Position numbers and translations under genes: made by a program
Part shown: one piece after another, positions 24,419-32,000 of the stretch
How positions within the stretch are numbered: position 1 is the stretch's first letter
Layout of the letters: every line of letters starts with the position of its first letter
The notes under the pieces: model-generated
Seen by the model: only the letters and a program-made list of their open reading frames with translations
Database searches by the model: none
Told to the model about the DNA's origin: nothing
Assembly (NCBI RefSeq): GCF_007748075.1
Contig: NZ_CP036280.1
Coordinates: 2,550,001-2,582,000 of the forward strand
Direction: 5' to 3'
DNA from: Mucisphaera calidilacus
GTDB taxonomy: Bacteria > Planctomycetota > Phycisphaerae > Phycisphaerales > Phycisphaeraceae
Length of the DNA stretch: 32,000 bases

Positions 24419-25645
24419 ATGCGGAGTGCGCGTTGGTTGTGTTCGGCAGTGGCGGGTGTGGTTTTGTCGTCGTCGGCCTGGGCGGGTGTGGCGGTGGCGC
24501 CTGCGGGCTCGGTGATGGTGTTCCTGCAGCGAACCGGGGAGGCGGAGCCTTACTCGGCTGAGATTGATGTTGAGGTGGAGGGGGCCTTGGGTGCGACGGT
24601 CATCCTGCCGGACGGGAGCACGATCCCGCTGGACGAGGAGGATGGTCCGGGTCGTTACTACGCGGAGACGACGGCGCCTTCGCTGGCGGATCTGCTGGAG
24701 GGTACCGGCGTCACGGGCACGAGCACGTGGCAGGTTCAGGTGGCGTTTGCGTTCAATGTGACGAGCACGTACAGCTTCGATGCGTTGTTTGAGGAGACGT
24801 TTACGGAGGCGGACCTGCCGCAGCGTGCGACGATCACGTCGCCTGTGAACGGTTCGTCGTTTGGGTCGGAGCCGACGCAGGTGGACTGGGTGGAGCCGCC
24901 TGATGCTGCGTTGGCGGACGTGACGATCGTGAGTGTCTACAACGACGTGGTGTGGGACACGATTTTTGAGCGGAGTACGCTTGCGGGCGATTTGAATCTG
25001 GACCCGCTGTCGGCGAATGAGTCGCTGGCGTTGACGCCTGGGCCGTCGTTGGGCGAGTACGAGCTTGATATCGAGTATGCGCGGATCGCGGATCCCGTGG
25101 ACTACGGGGTGTCGTCGCTGAGCTACGTGTCGGGCCCGCTGATCGAGTGGGGCCTGCCTGATTTTCTTGAGGGTCTGCCTTACCCGGACAACACGCCTTT
25201 TGTGGCGTCGATCGCGAACACGGAGAGTCGTTACGTGGTGGTGGACGTGGACGGGGATTTCAATGATGACGGCGTTGTCGACGCGGTGGACGCGGACATT
25301 CTGTATCAGAACATCGGGTTGAGTTTCAGCCCGGAGCTGGACTTGAGTCTGAACGGTGTGGTGGACGCGGCGGACTTTGAGCTGTGGCTGGCGTTGTATG
25401 GGAGTGCGGGTGGCGATTTCAACTACGACCGCCGTGTTGACCTGCTGGACCTGTCGATTCTGGCGAGCAATTTCGGTTTCGCATCGTTCAACGCGTTTGG
25501 CGGGGACGCGAACGCGGATGGTGTGACGGACCTGCTGGACCTTTCGATCCTGGCGAGCAACTTCGGTTTTGTGGGGGTGGTGCCTGAGCCTGGGATGTTG
25601 TGGCTGCTGGGTGCGGGTTTGGCGGGGAGGCGTTTCAGGGTCTGA
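24419..25645 (+). CDS. secreted protein with C-terminal dockerin-type (EF-hand-like) repeats and PEP-CTERM tail
   Basis: AGGAG lies 7 nt before ATG 24419. Signal peptide MRSARWLCSAVAGVVLSSSAWA. Repeats: DVDGDFNDDGVVDAVDADIL, LSLNGVVDAADFELW, GDFNYDRRVDLLDLSILASNFG and GDANADGVTDLLDLSILASNFG. The C-terminus is VPEPGMLWLLGAGLAGRRFRV. Confidence 0.85.
   Translation: MRSARWLCSAVAGVVLSSSAWAGVAVAPAGSVMVFLQRTGEAEPYSAEIDVEVEGALGATVILPDGSTIPLDEEDGPGRYYAETTAPSLADLLEGTGVTGTSTWQVQVAFAFNVTSTYSFDALFEETFTEADLPQRATITSPVNGSSFGSEPTQVDWVEPPDAALADVTIVSVYNDVVWDTIFERSTLAGDLNLDPLSANESLALTPGPSLGEYELDIEYARIADPVDYGVSSLSYVSGPLIEWGLPDFLEGLPYPDNTPFVASIANTESRYVVVDVDGDFNDDGVVDAVDADILYQNIGLSFSPELDLSLNGVVDAADFELWLALYGSAGGDFNYDRRVDLLDLSILASNFGFASFNAFGGDANADGVTDLLDLSILASNFGFVGVVPEPGMLWLLGAGLAGRRFRV
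25439..25569 (+). repeat. intragenic 41-bp direct repeat (two copies 90 bp apart) encoding the duplicated DLLDLSILASNFGF dockerin segment
   Basis: 25439-25479 is GACCTGCTGGACCTGTCGATTCTGGCGAGCAATTTCGGTTT. 25529-25569 is GACCTGCTGGACCTTTCGATCCTGGCGAGCAACTTCGGTTT. They differ at 3 positions. Confidence 0.75.
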
Positions 25646-26795
25646 TCTGGACGGTGGAGTCGCCTGAGGAGAGCATGAAGTAGAGGAGTTTGATGTCTTC
25701 GTCGCGGAGGCGGACGCAACCCATGGAGGCCTGGGCACCGATGGAGTCGGGGTCGATGGTTCCGTGGATGCCGTAGCCGCGTTGCCCGGCGGTGGCGGCG
25801 TCGGTGCCTTCGAGGGCGATCCAGTATTCGCCGATGGGGTTGTCGGGGTCGTCGCGTTGGTAGTACTGTCCGGTTCGGGGGTTGCGCCAGTCGGGGTTGG
25901 CGACTTTTCGTCCGGGTTCGACGAGCCACATGCCGTCGGGGGTGGAGTTGTTTTCGCCTAGGCCGACGGGGAAGGCGATGATGTGGACGGGTTTGCCCTG
26001 GGGGTCTTTGGCGAAGACGTCCATCATGTACTGGTTGCGTAGGACGCGGGCGTGGAGGGGGCCGCGGAGGACCTTGAGGTATTGCCCGGCGCGGATTCGG
26101 TTGGGGTCGACGCCGTTGATGTCCTGGATGAACTGGTAGGGGATGTTGAATTTGGGTCCGACGCGTGAGAGGTAGTCGCCTGGCTGGATGCGGTAGCGTT
26201 CGGCGACCTCGTCGCCTGGGAGGACCTGATCGGAGAAGACGAGGGTGGCGTTGACGTCGGCGAGTTGTCCGCGGAGTGCGTCGGCGAGGAGTTTGGGGGG
26301 GACGTCGTCGGCGTAGAGGGTGCTGCTGAGGAGTCGTCGAGCTTCGACGAGGTCGCCGTTCTGGATGAGGTTGGCGGCCTGGGCGACGGCGGGGTGCTGT
26401 TGGGGGTCGACACGTGACCATGCGTTGTCGTCGTCGTTGATGACGGCGGGTGGCGGGTCGTGGGTGACGACGTTGTCGATGACGGGGTCGTCGGGCTGGT
26501 TATCGACCGCGGGAGGTGTGTTATCGGGCTGTGTCGCGGGGGTGTTGCCGTTGAAGGTGATGGTGGGCGTGTTGTTTTCGGGTTGGGCGGGTGTGTTTTC
26601 GGCGGTGATTTCGTCGCCCTCAGCGGCGTCGGGGGTGCCGGCGCCGGTGAAGGCGGTGATGGCGTAGATGAGTCCGACGGCGAGGACGAGGAGGATGAGG
26701 AGTGCGAACCATGGCCTGCGTCCGCGGCGTCGTGTGCCTGAGACGCGGTAGAGCCGGTCCATGCCGGGTCGCGGTGCTTGTGAGCTGAGGACCAT
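25635..26795 (-). CDS. L,D-transpeptidase (YkuD domain) with LysM domain and N-terminal membrane anchor
   Basis: LysM: YRIQPGDYLSRVGPKFNIPYQFIQDINGVDPNRIRAGQYLKV. YkuD catalytic block: YGIHGT..PDSIGAQASMGCVRLRDEDI. TM segment: PWFALLILLVLAVGLIYAI. GGAGG precedes ATG 26795. The 3' end overlaps the convergent gene by 11 nt. Confidence 0.9.
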   Translation of the reverse strand: MVLSSQAPRPGMDRLYRVSGTRRRGRRPWFALLILLVLAVGLIYAITAFTGAGTPDAAEGDEITAENTPAQPENNTPTITFNGNTPATQPDNTPPAVDNQPDDPVIDNVVTHDPPPAVINDDDNAWSRVDPQQHPAVAQAANLIQNGDLVEARRLLSSTLYADDVPPKLLADALRGQLADVNATLVFSDQVLPGDEVAERYRIQPGDYLSRVGPKFNIPYQFIQDINGVDPNRIRAGQYLKVLRGPLHARVLRNQYMMDVFAKDPQGKPVHIIAFPVGLGENNSTPDGMWLVEPGRKVANPDWRNPRTGQYYQRDDPDNPIGEYWIALEGTDAATAGQRGYGIHGTIDPDSIGAQASMGCVRLRDEDIKLLYFMLSSGDSTVQIRP

Positions 26796-26847
26796 GGTTT
26801 ACCTCCGTGTGGTGACCGTCATCCGTTGGCCTGCGGATGTACGGGGT

Positions 26848-28299
26848 TCAACGCTCCCCTTCCCCATGATTCGGCGAAGTGACGCCTCCTGCGCCACCCG
26901 TAGACAGGGTATCAGGCTGTGGGCCGGGAGGATCGGGTTCGGGGTCGGCTGTTGGCGGCTGATCGGGGAGGGATCGGGAGGCGATCCATTCGAGGAAGCG
27001 GGTGATGCGTTGTTCGTGTCCGCGGTTGGTGGGGGTGTAATAGGTTTTATCGACGCCGAGGTATTGCTGGGCGACGTGACCGTCGGGGTCGTCGTGGGCG
27101 TACTGGTAGCCGACGCTTCTGCCGAGCTTTTTGGCGCCGGCGTAGTGTCCGTCGCGGAGGTGTTTGGGGACGGGCTGAGTGCGTTGGTTTTTGACGTCGC
27201 TCATGGCGGTCCAGATGGCCATGGCGGAGGCGTTGGATTTGGGTGCGGTGGCCATGTAGATGGCGGCCTGTCCGAGGGTGAGCTGGCATTCGGGCATGCC
27301 GATGCGGTGGGTGATGTCGTAGGCGGCGGCGGCGATCTGGAGGGCCTGGGGATCGGCGTTGCCGATGTCTTCGGAGGCGAGGATGGCGATGCGTCGGGCG
27401 ATGAACATGGGGTCTTCGCCGGCGTGGAGCATGCGAGCGAGCCAGTAGATGGCGGCGTCGGGGTCGGAGCCGCGCATGGACTTGATGAAGGCGGAGATGG
27501 TGTCGTAGTGCTCGTCGCCTGTGGCGTCGTAGACGACGGCTTTCTGCTGGATGGACTGTTCGGCGAGTTGGAGGTCGATGACGAGTGCGGGTCCGTCGGG
27601 CGAGACGTTTTCGGAGCGGACGGCGACTTCGAGTGCGGTGAGTGCACGTCGTGCGTCGCCGTCGCAGGCCATGGCCCAGTGTTCGACGGCCTCGGGTGTG
27701 AGTTGGATGGGCTGGTTGCCGAAGCCGCGTTCGGGGTCGTCGAGTGCGCGTTGGAGGAGGGTCTGGATGTTGTCTTCGGTGAGGGTCTGGAACTCGAAGA
27801 CGTGGGATCGGCTGACGAGGGGTGCGTTGACGGCGAAGAAGGGGTTTTCGGTGGTGGCCCCGATGAGCGTGATGATGCCTGACTCGACGTCGCCGAGGAG
27901 CACGTCCTGCTGGGCGCGGTTGAAACGGTGGATCTCGTCGAGGAAGAGGATGGTGCGTTGGCCGTGGAGTTCGAGGTGGTTGCGTGCGCGTTCGAGGATT
28001 TCGCGGACGAGTTTGACGCCTACGGTGGTGGCGTTGGCCTGTTCGAATCGTCGTTGGGTGTGTGCGGCGAGGAGTGTGGCGAGGCTGGTCTTGCCGGTGC
28101 CCGGGGGTCCGCAGAAGAGCGCGGAGCTGAGTCGGTCGGCTTCGAGGAGTCTTCGGAGGAGTTGTCCGGGTCCGAGGAAGTGGTCCTGTCCGACGAACTC
28201 GTCGAGGGTTCGCGGGCGCATGCGAGCGGCGAGCGGCTGTGCGGCGTCGCGTCGCTGGGCGCGTTGGGTGGCCCAGAGGTCGTGGGTCGGGGTGGCCAT
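26848..28299 (-). CDS. rarA: replication-associated recombination protein A (AAA+ ATPase RarA/MgsA)
   Basis: RPRTLDEFVGQ.H..G; Walker A GPPGTGKTSLA; Walker B ILFLDEIHRFN; the MgsA C-domain YDTISAFIKSMRGSDPDAAIYWLARML..GEDP.FIARR; and HLRDGHY. It has an extra C-terminal tail of about 40 aa. Confidence 0.95.
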   Translation of the reverse strand: MATPTHDLWATQRAQRRDAAQPLAARMRPRTLDEFVGQDHFLGPGQLLRRLLEADRLSSALFCGPPGTGKTSLATLLAAHTQRRFEQANATTVGVKLVREILERARNHLELHGQRTILFLDEIHRFNRAQQDVLLGDVESGIITLIGATTENPFFAVNAPLVSRSHVFEFQTLTEDNIQTLLQRALDDPERGFGNQPIQLTPEAVEHWAMACDGDARRALTALEVAVRSENVSPDGPALVIDLQLAEQSIQQKAVVYDATGDEHYDTISAFIKSMRGSDPDAAIYWLARMLHAGEDPMFIARRIAILASEDIGNADPQALQIAAAAYDITHRIGMPECQLTLGQAAIYMATAPKSNASAMAIWTAMSDVKNQRTQPVPKHLRDGHYAGAKKLGRSVGYQYAHDDPDGHVAQQYLGVDKTYYTPTNRGHEQRITRFLEWIASRSLPDQPPTADPEPDPPGPQPDTLSTGGAGGVTSPNHGEGER

Positions 28300-28579
28300 G
28301 GGTTCACTCTAGGTTTGCGGGGTGTGTTTGGGAACCGCGTTGCGTTGCGGGCGTTGTTGGTGTGGGCTCAGAGATGCTTGTGGGGGCGTGGTTATCGGCG
28401 TGTAGCCGAGCGTGAGTGTTTGGCCGGAGAACGATTCGGATGGTTTGATGGATCGATCGCAAGGATCTCGGGCTGGGGTCCTGGCCTGCGTTAAGGCGCT
28501 ATGCATCGTCACACGATAAGAGAGTGTCCGGACTGTACGTGAACTGTATTGACGCCAGCGTGGCTGGAAAGGTTAGTCG

Positions 28580-30499
28580 ATGATTGATTATCTGCGCGGC
28601 CTGAACCTGAGTACCAAGATTCTTGCGGTGACGATCGTGGTGTTGATCTCGGTGGTTGGTGTCAATTATGGGGTGGTGACGGTGCGTTATCAGGAGGCGG
28701 CGTACCAATCGATGGTGGAGAAGGCAGCGGCTTTTACGGCGGTTGCGGACGCTGCGAAGAACCACACTTCGCTGCTGACGGAACAGGGTTCGTTTGATCA
28801 GGAGCGGCTGCGAGCGGAGCTCCGTGCGGCTCTTGCTTCGGGTTCCAGCTATCGAGACTCGAAGGCTTTCAACACGATCCCGGTGGTTGCGGGGTGGAAG
28901 GCGGCGGAGGCTGCTGCTGAGCGTGAGGGCATCACGTTCGGGATTCGAGCTTTCGATGCTCGCAACCCTGAGAACGAGCCGGAATCGGGATCGTTTGAGG
29001 CGACGCTGCTGAAGGATTTGCGTTCGTCTTATGCGGGCGGGGGCCAGTCGATTGATCGATACAACGCTGAGACCCATACGCTCCATTATCTGCGTGCGAT
29101 CGCGCTGACGGCTGACTGCCTGGCATGTCATGGCGATCCGTCAGATTCTCTGACGGGTGACGGGAAGGATCCGCTGGGCTTCGCGATGGAGGGCTGGTCG
29201 GAGGGGCAGATGCATGGTGCTTATCACGTGGTGATGCCGATGGAGCCGGTTGATCGTCAGGTGGCTTCGTTCATCTCGAACGGGGTTCTGATCAGCCTGC
29301 CGCTGGTGATGGTCGCTTCGCTGGTGTTGCTGCTGATGATGCGTTACACCTTTGCGCGGCCGGTGGGCGCGTTGGTCACGTGTCTCGAGGACATCGCGGA
29401 CGGCAGCGGCGATCTGAGTCAGCGTGTCGAGGATCATCGTCAGGACGAGTTGGGCAAGCTAGGTAAGGCGTTCAATCACTTTGTGGCCAAGGTTCACGAT
29501 CTGGTGGCTTCGGTCCAGGGGGCGACGCAGGAGGTGGCGGCGGCATCGACGGAGATCGCGGCGTCTTCGGACCACATCTCTCGTGGTCTGGATGATCAGC
29601 AGAAGCAGACGGCGACGATATCGGCATCGGCGGAAGAGATGTCGGTTTCGGTATCGGAGGTCTCCCGACGGGCGTTGGAGGGTCAGGAGAAGGCTCGAAA
29701 CGCGGGGCAGAAGGCTTCCGAGGGAGGCGAGGTGGTTCAGCAGACGATCGCGGACATGGAGGCGATCGCGGAGGCTGTGCAGGCGACGGCGAGCAGCATT
29801 GAGGATCTGGGGCAGCGTAGTGAGCAGATCGGAGCGATCATCGGTGTCATCAATGACATCGCGGATCAGACAAATCTGTTGGCGTTGAATGCGGCGATCG
29901 AGGCGGCCCGAGCGGGTGAACACGGTCGCGGGTTCGCGGTGGTGGCTGATGAGGTGCGTAAGCTCGCTGATCGTACGACGAAGGCGACGCGTGAGGTCTC
30001 GGATTCGATTCAGGCGATGCAGAGCGGCACGGAGCACGCGGTGGAACGGATGGAATCCAGTCGTGATCGCGTCACTACGGGCGTGGAGCGAGCGGGCCGG
30101 GCGGGCGCGAGTCTGGAATCGATCGTGGCGGGTTCCCAGCAGGTATCGTCGCTGGCGGAGAGCATCGCGTTGGCGAGTCAGGAGCAGTCGACTGCGGCCC
30201 ATGATGTGACGCAGAGCGTGACGTCGATGTCGTCGGTCATCAAGGAATCTGCTGAGGGCTCGCGTCAGGCTTCGCAGGCGGTGACGCAGCTATCGATGAA
30301 GGCGGAGCAGCTGGCGGCCCTGATCGTTCGGTACAATTTGAACGCTGTCGACCGACGTAGTGACTCGAATCCTGTTTCTTCGGATATCCGTGAGCAGCGT
30401 CTTGACGTGCTCGAGCGTAGTCGTGCGTTGATCCAGCATGTCGGGCTTGATGAGGCTGAGGTTCTCAGCAAGGGTCGAGGGTCCTCGTCGGAGGGGTGA
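28580..30499 (+). CDS. methyl-accepting chemotaxis protein with DUF3365 (Tll0287-like) periplasmic sensor carrying a CXXCH heme c motif, HAMP and MCP signalling domains
   Basis: TM1: [15 protein letters not shown]. Sensor blocks: [41 protein letters not shown] (CXXCH) and [20 protein letters not shown]2: [23 protein letters not shown]: [16 protein letters not shown] hairpin: [41 protein letters not shown]. Confidence 0.93.
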   Translation: MIDYLRGLNLSTKILAVTIVVLISVVGVNYGVVTVRYQEAAYQSMVEKAAAFTAVADAAKNHTSLLTEQGSFDQERLRAELRAALASGSSYRDSKAFNTIPVVAGWKAAEAAAEREGITFGIRAFDARNPENEPESGSFEATLLKDLRSSYAGGGQSIDRYNAETHTLHYLRAIALTADCLACHGDPSDSLTGDGKDPLGFAMEGWSEGQMHGAYHVVMPMEPVDRQVASFISNGVLISLPLVMVASLVLLLMMRYTFARPVGALVTCLEDIADGSGDLSQRVEDHRQDELGKLGKAFNHFVAKVHDLVASVQGATQEVAAASTEIAASSDHISRGLDDQQKQTATISASAEEMSVSVSEVSRRALEGQEKARNAGQKASEGGEVVQQTIADMEAIAEAVQATASSIEDLGQRSEQIGAIIGVINDIADQTNLLALNAAIEAARAGEHGRGFAVVADEVRKLADRTTKATREVSDSIQAMQSGTEHAVERMESSRDRVTTGVERAGRAGASLESIVAGSQQVSSLAESIALASQEQSTAAHDVTQSVTSMSSVIKESAEGSRQASQAVTQLSMKAEQLAALIVRYNLNAVDRRSDSNPVSSDIREQRLDVLERSRALIQHVGLDEAEVLSKGRGSSSEG

Positions 30500-30560
30500 G
30501 GTGCCGCTTTCATGATCCGGGAAGGGCTGCGGGCGTAGTGGTGCTGGTCCTCGCTAGACT

Positions 30561-31214
30561 GTGGGGATGGGATGTATTGCGGTTCAATGGGATGTGGCGG
30601 GGCGGAACTGTCTGGTGGTGGGTGCGGGCCGGACGGGTCGGCGTCGTGCGGGGGTGTTGTGCCGAGCGGGGGCGCGGGTGACGGTGGTGGCGCCGGACGC
30701 GGACGAGGTGGATTTTCCGGCGGGTGTGGTGCTTGAGCGTCGCGAGGCGGTGGCGGGTGACCTGGTGGGGCGGGACCTTGTGGTGCTTGCGACGGATGAT
30801 GCGGAGGTCCAGGCGTCGCTGAGCAAGAAGGCGGCTGAGTTCGGGGTGCTGGTGAATCGGGTGGATGACGGTGAGTCGGGCGACATCACGTTTCTGGCGA
30901 CGCGGAGCGCGGGCGTGCTGACGGTGGCGGTGAGCACGGGAGGTGCTTCGGCGGCGGCGTCGGGCGTGATCGCGGAGGAGGCGTTGTCGGCGGTGGCGGG
31001 CGAGTGGGGAGGTTTGCTGGCGTTGGTGGCGGGGGAGCGGGCGCGGATTCAGTCGTCGATGGAGGCGGGTGCGGCTAGGGAGTCGCTGCTGCGTCGTCTG
31101 GTGGACGAGCGGTCGCGTGCGGCGGCGCGGTCGGGTGAGGCGGCGTTGCGTGCGCACTGGCGCGGGTTGTGGGAGGCGTCGATCGCGGGGCGTGACGGCG
31201 AGGTGTCGGCATGA
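30561..31214 (+). CDS. precorrin-2 dehydrogenase / sirohydrochlorin ferrochelatase-like protein (SirC/Met8/CysG N-terminal domain family)
   Basis: Rossmann N-terminus: RNCLVVGAGRTGRRRAGVLCRAGARVTVVAP. Also LVVLATDD.EV and NRVDD, at about 215 aa. The stop overlaps the next gene start (ATGA at 31211-31214). Confidence 0.75.
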   Translation: MGMGCIAVQWDVAGRNCLVVGAGRTGRRRAGVLCRAGARVTVVAPDADEVDFPAGVVLERREAVAGDLVGRDLVVLATDDAEVQASLSKKAAEFGVLVNRVDDGESGDITFLATRSAGVLTVAVSTGGASAAASGVIAEEALSAVAGEWGGLLALVAGERARIQSSMEAGAARESLLRRLVDERSRAAARSGEAALRAHWRGLWEASIAGRDGEVSA

Positions 31215-32000
31215 GTCTGGGCGTGATCGCGGTGATCGTGGCGTTTCTGGCTTTTCTGGCGGGGGTGACGTGGGTGCTGGAGCTGCGGCTGGCGCTGGGT
31301 CGCGAATCGGCGCGGGTGGTGGTGGACGTGCTGGGCTGGGTGACGGTGTTGCTGACGGGCGTGGTGGCGTTGGTGCGTTGGCTGGGCGGACCGGACTGGC
31401 AGCCGTTTCACAGTCACCTGGACGCTTTGTTGTTGATGGTGGTTCTGCTGGGCGCTGCGTTGGTGTACCTGCAGATGCAGGCGCGTTCGCGTCGGGTGGG
31501 TCTGATCGGTTGGCCTGTGGTTTCGTTTCTGCTGGCGTGGGCGGTGTGCGCGTCGTTGTGGACGTACCGGCCGTTTCGTCTGGACACGATGGAGCCGGTG
31601 TGGCACGCGGTGCACCTGGCGGGTGTTTACGTGGGGACGCTGTTCGCGGTGCTGGCCGCGATCGGCGGGGTGTTGTACCTGCTGGTGTATCGGGGGTTGA
31701 AGCAGCACACGGTGACGGGTCCGCGTTGGGGTCTGCCGAGTCTGGCGTGGACGGAGTCGGCGGTGGTGTGGATGACGACGCTGGGTTTCGTGATGCTGAG
31801 TGTGGGTCTGGTGTCGGGCGTGGTGATCGTGACGGCGGAGCCGGGTCGTCTGGGCGAGGACTGGTGGTGGTCGCCGAAGGTCTTGCTGGCGGCGGGTGCG
31901 TGGCTGGCGTTCGCGGTGGCGATGAATGTTCGGCGTTTGAGTCTGCTGCGGGGCTCGCGTGCGGCGTGGCTGGCGATTGTGGGTTTGCTGCTGTTGATCG
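31211..32000 (+). CDS. cytochrome c assembly (CcsA-like) family membrane protein, HemX/YpjD-type (3' end beyond window)
   Basis: My translation from ATG 31211 stays open to the window end. It is polytopic and hydrophobic. Family-like blocks: VLYLLVYRGLKQH....LPSL...E and the Trp-rich segment EDWWWSPKVLLAAGAWLAF. It is not in the supplied track because no stop falls within the window. Confidence 0.75.
   Translation, partial: MSLGVIAVIVAFLAFLAGVTWVLELRLALGRESARVVVDVLGWVTVLLTGVVALVRWLGGPDWQPFHSHLDALLLMVVLLGAALVYLQMQARSRRVGLIGWPVVSFLLAWAVCASLWTYRPFRLDTMEPVWHAVHLAGVYVGTLFAVLAAIGGVLYLLVYRGLKQHTVTGPRWGLPSLAWTESAVVWMTTLGFVMLSVGLVSGVVIVTAEPGRLGEDWWWSPKVLLAAGAWLAFAVAMNVRRLSLLRGSRAAWLAIVGLLLLI

Noticed and set aside
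22183-26421. Very long minus-strand ORFs (22183..24246, 687 aa; 24398..25738, 446 aa; 25423..26421, 332 aa) and the smaller alternate-frame ORFs in this interval
   Set aside because: All are Arg/Pro/His/Thr low-complexity shadows. 22183..24246 and 24398..25738 are antisense to frr, the Mqn radical SAM gene and the dockerin protein, all of which have strong motif support. 25423..26421 is mainly an alternate frame of the minus-strand L,D-transpeptidase gene, which also has strong motif support.
26761-27882. 373-aa plus-strand ORF opposite rarA, plus similar ORFs at 27551..28312 and 27928..28494
   Set aside because: The translations are Gly/Val/Asp/Glu-rich and low-complexity. The minus strand encodes RarA with Walker A/B and MgsA C-domain motifs.

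Overview
High-GC bacterial chromosomal segment, about two thirds G+C in the lines I counted. It is most likely Planctomycetota; this is an inference from an H-X9-DG/DUF1559-type prepilin-like protein, three PEP-CTERM-tailed proteins, dockerin-type repeats and a futalosine-pathway radical SAM enzyme. I support about 30 CDSs.

Housekeeping genes: atpG plus atpZ/atpI-like genes, alr, a DEAD-box helicase, acs, pyrH, frr, an MqnC/MqnE-family enzyme, rarA, an L,D-transpeptidase, an M29 aminopeptidase, and a SirC-like/HemX-like pair.

Accessory content:
- two transposase remnants (IS5 and IS630 families);
- a low-GC islet with an orphan membrane protein;
- a lectin/VOC/GNAT cassette;
- a truncated TetR gene;
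- a LacI-headed operon (8.6-13.8 kb) encoding two paralogous uncharacterised secreted proteins, an H-X9-DG pseudopilin-like protein and a GH51-like hydrolase, facing a secreted beta-propeller hydrolase-like gene;
- a methyl-accepting chemotaxis protein with a CXXCH (heme c) DUF3365-type sensor.

No rRNA, tRNA or CRISPR array was recognised.

Structure not explained by gene calls:
- a strong strand-specific G/C third-position bias whose polarity flips inside the window (C|G|C|G mosaic between about 4.6 and 8.1 kb, including a flip inside the helicase gene);
- a roughly 100-bp direct repeat pair bracketing the 2.8-kb lectin/VOC/GNAT segment;
- an array of T-tracts phased at 10-11 bp.

Most long ORFs in the supplied track are Arg/Pro/His-rich antisense or alternate-frame shadows typical of high-GC DNA, and I rejected them.
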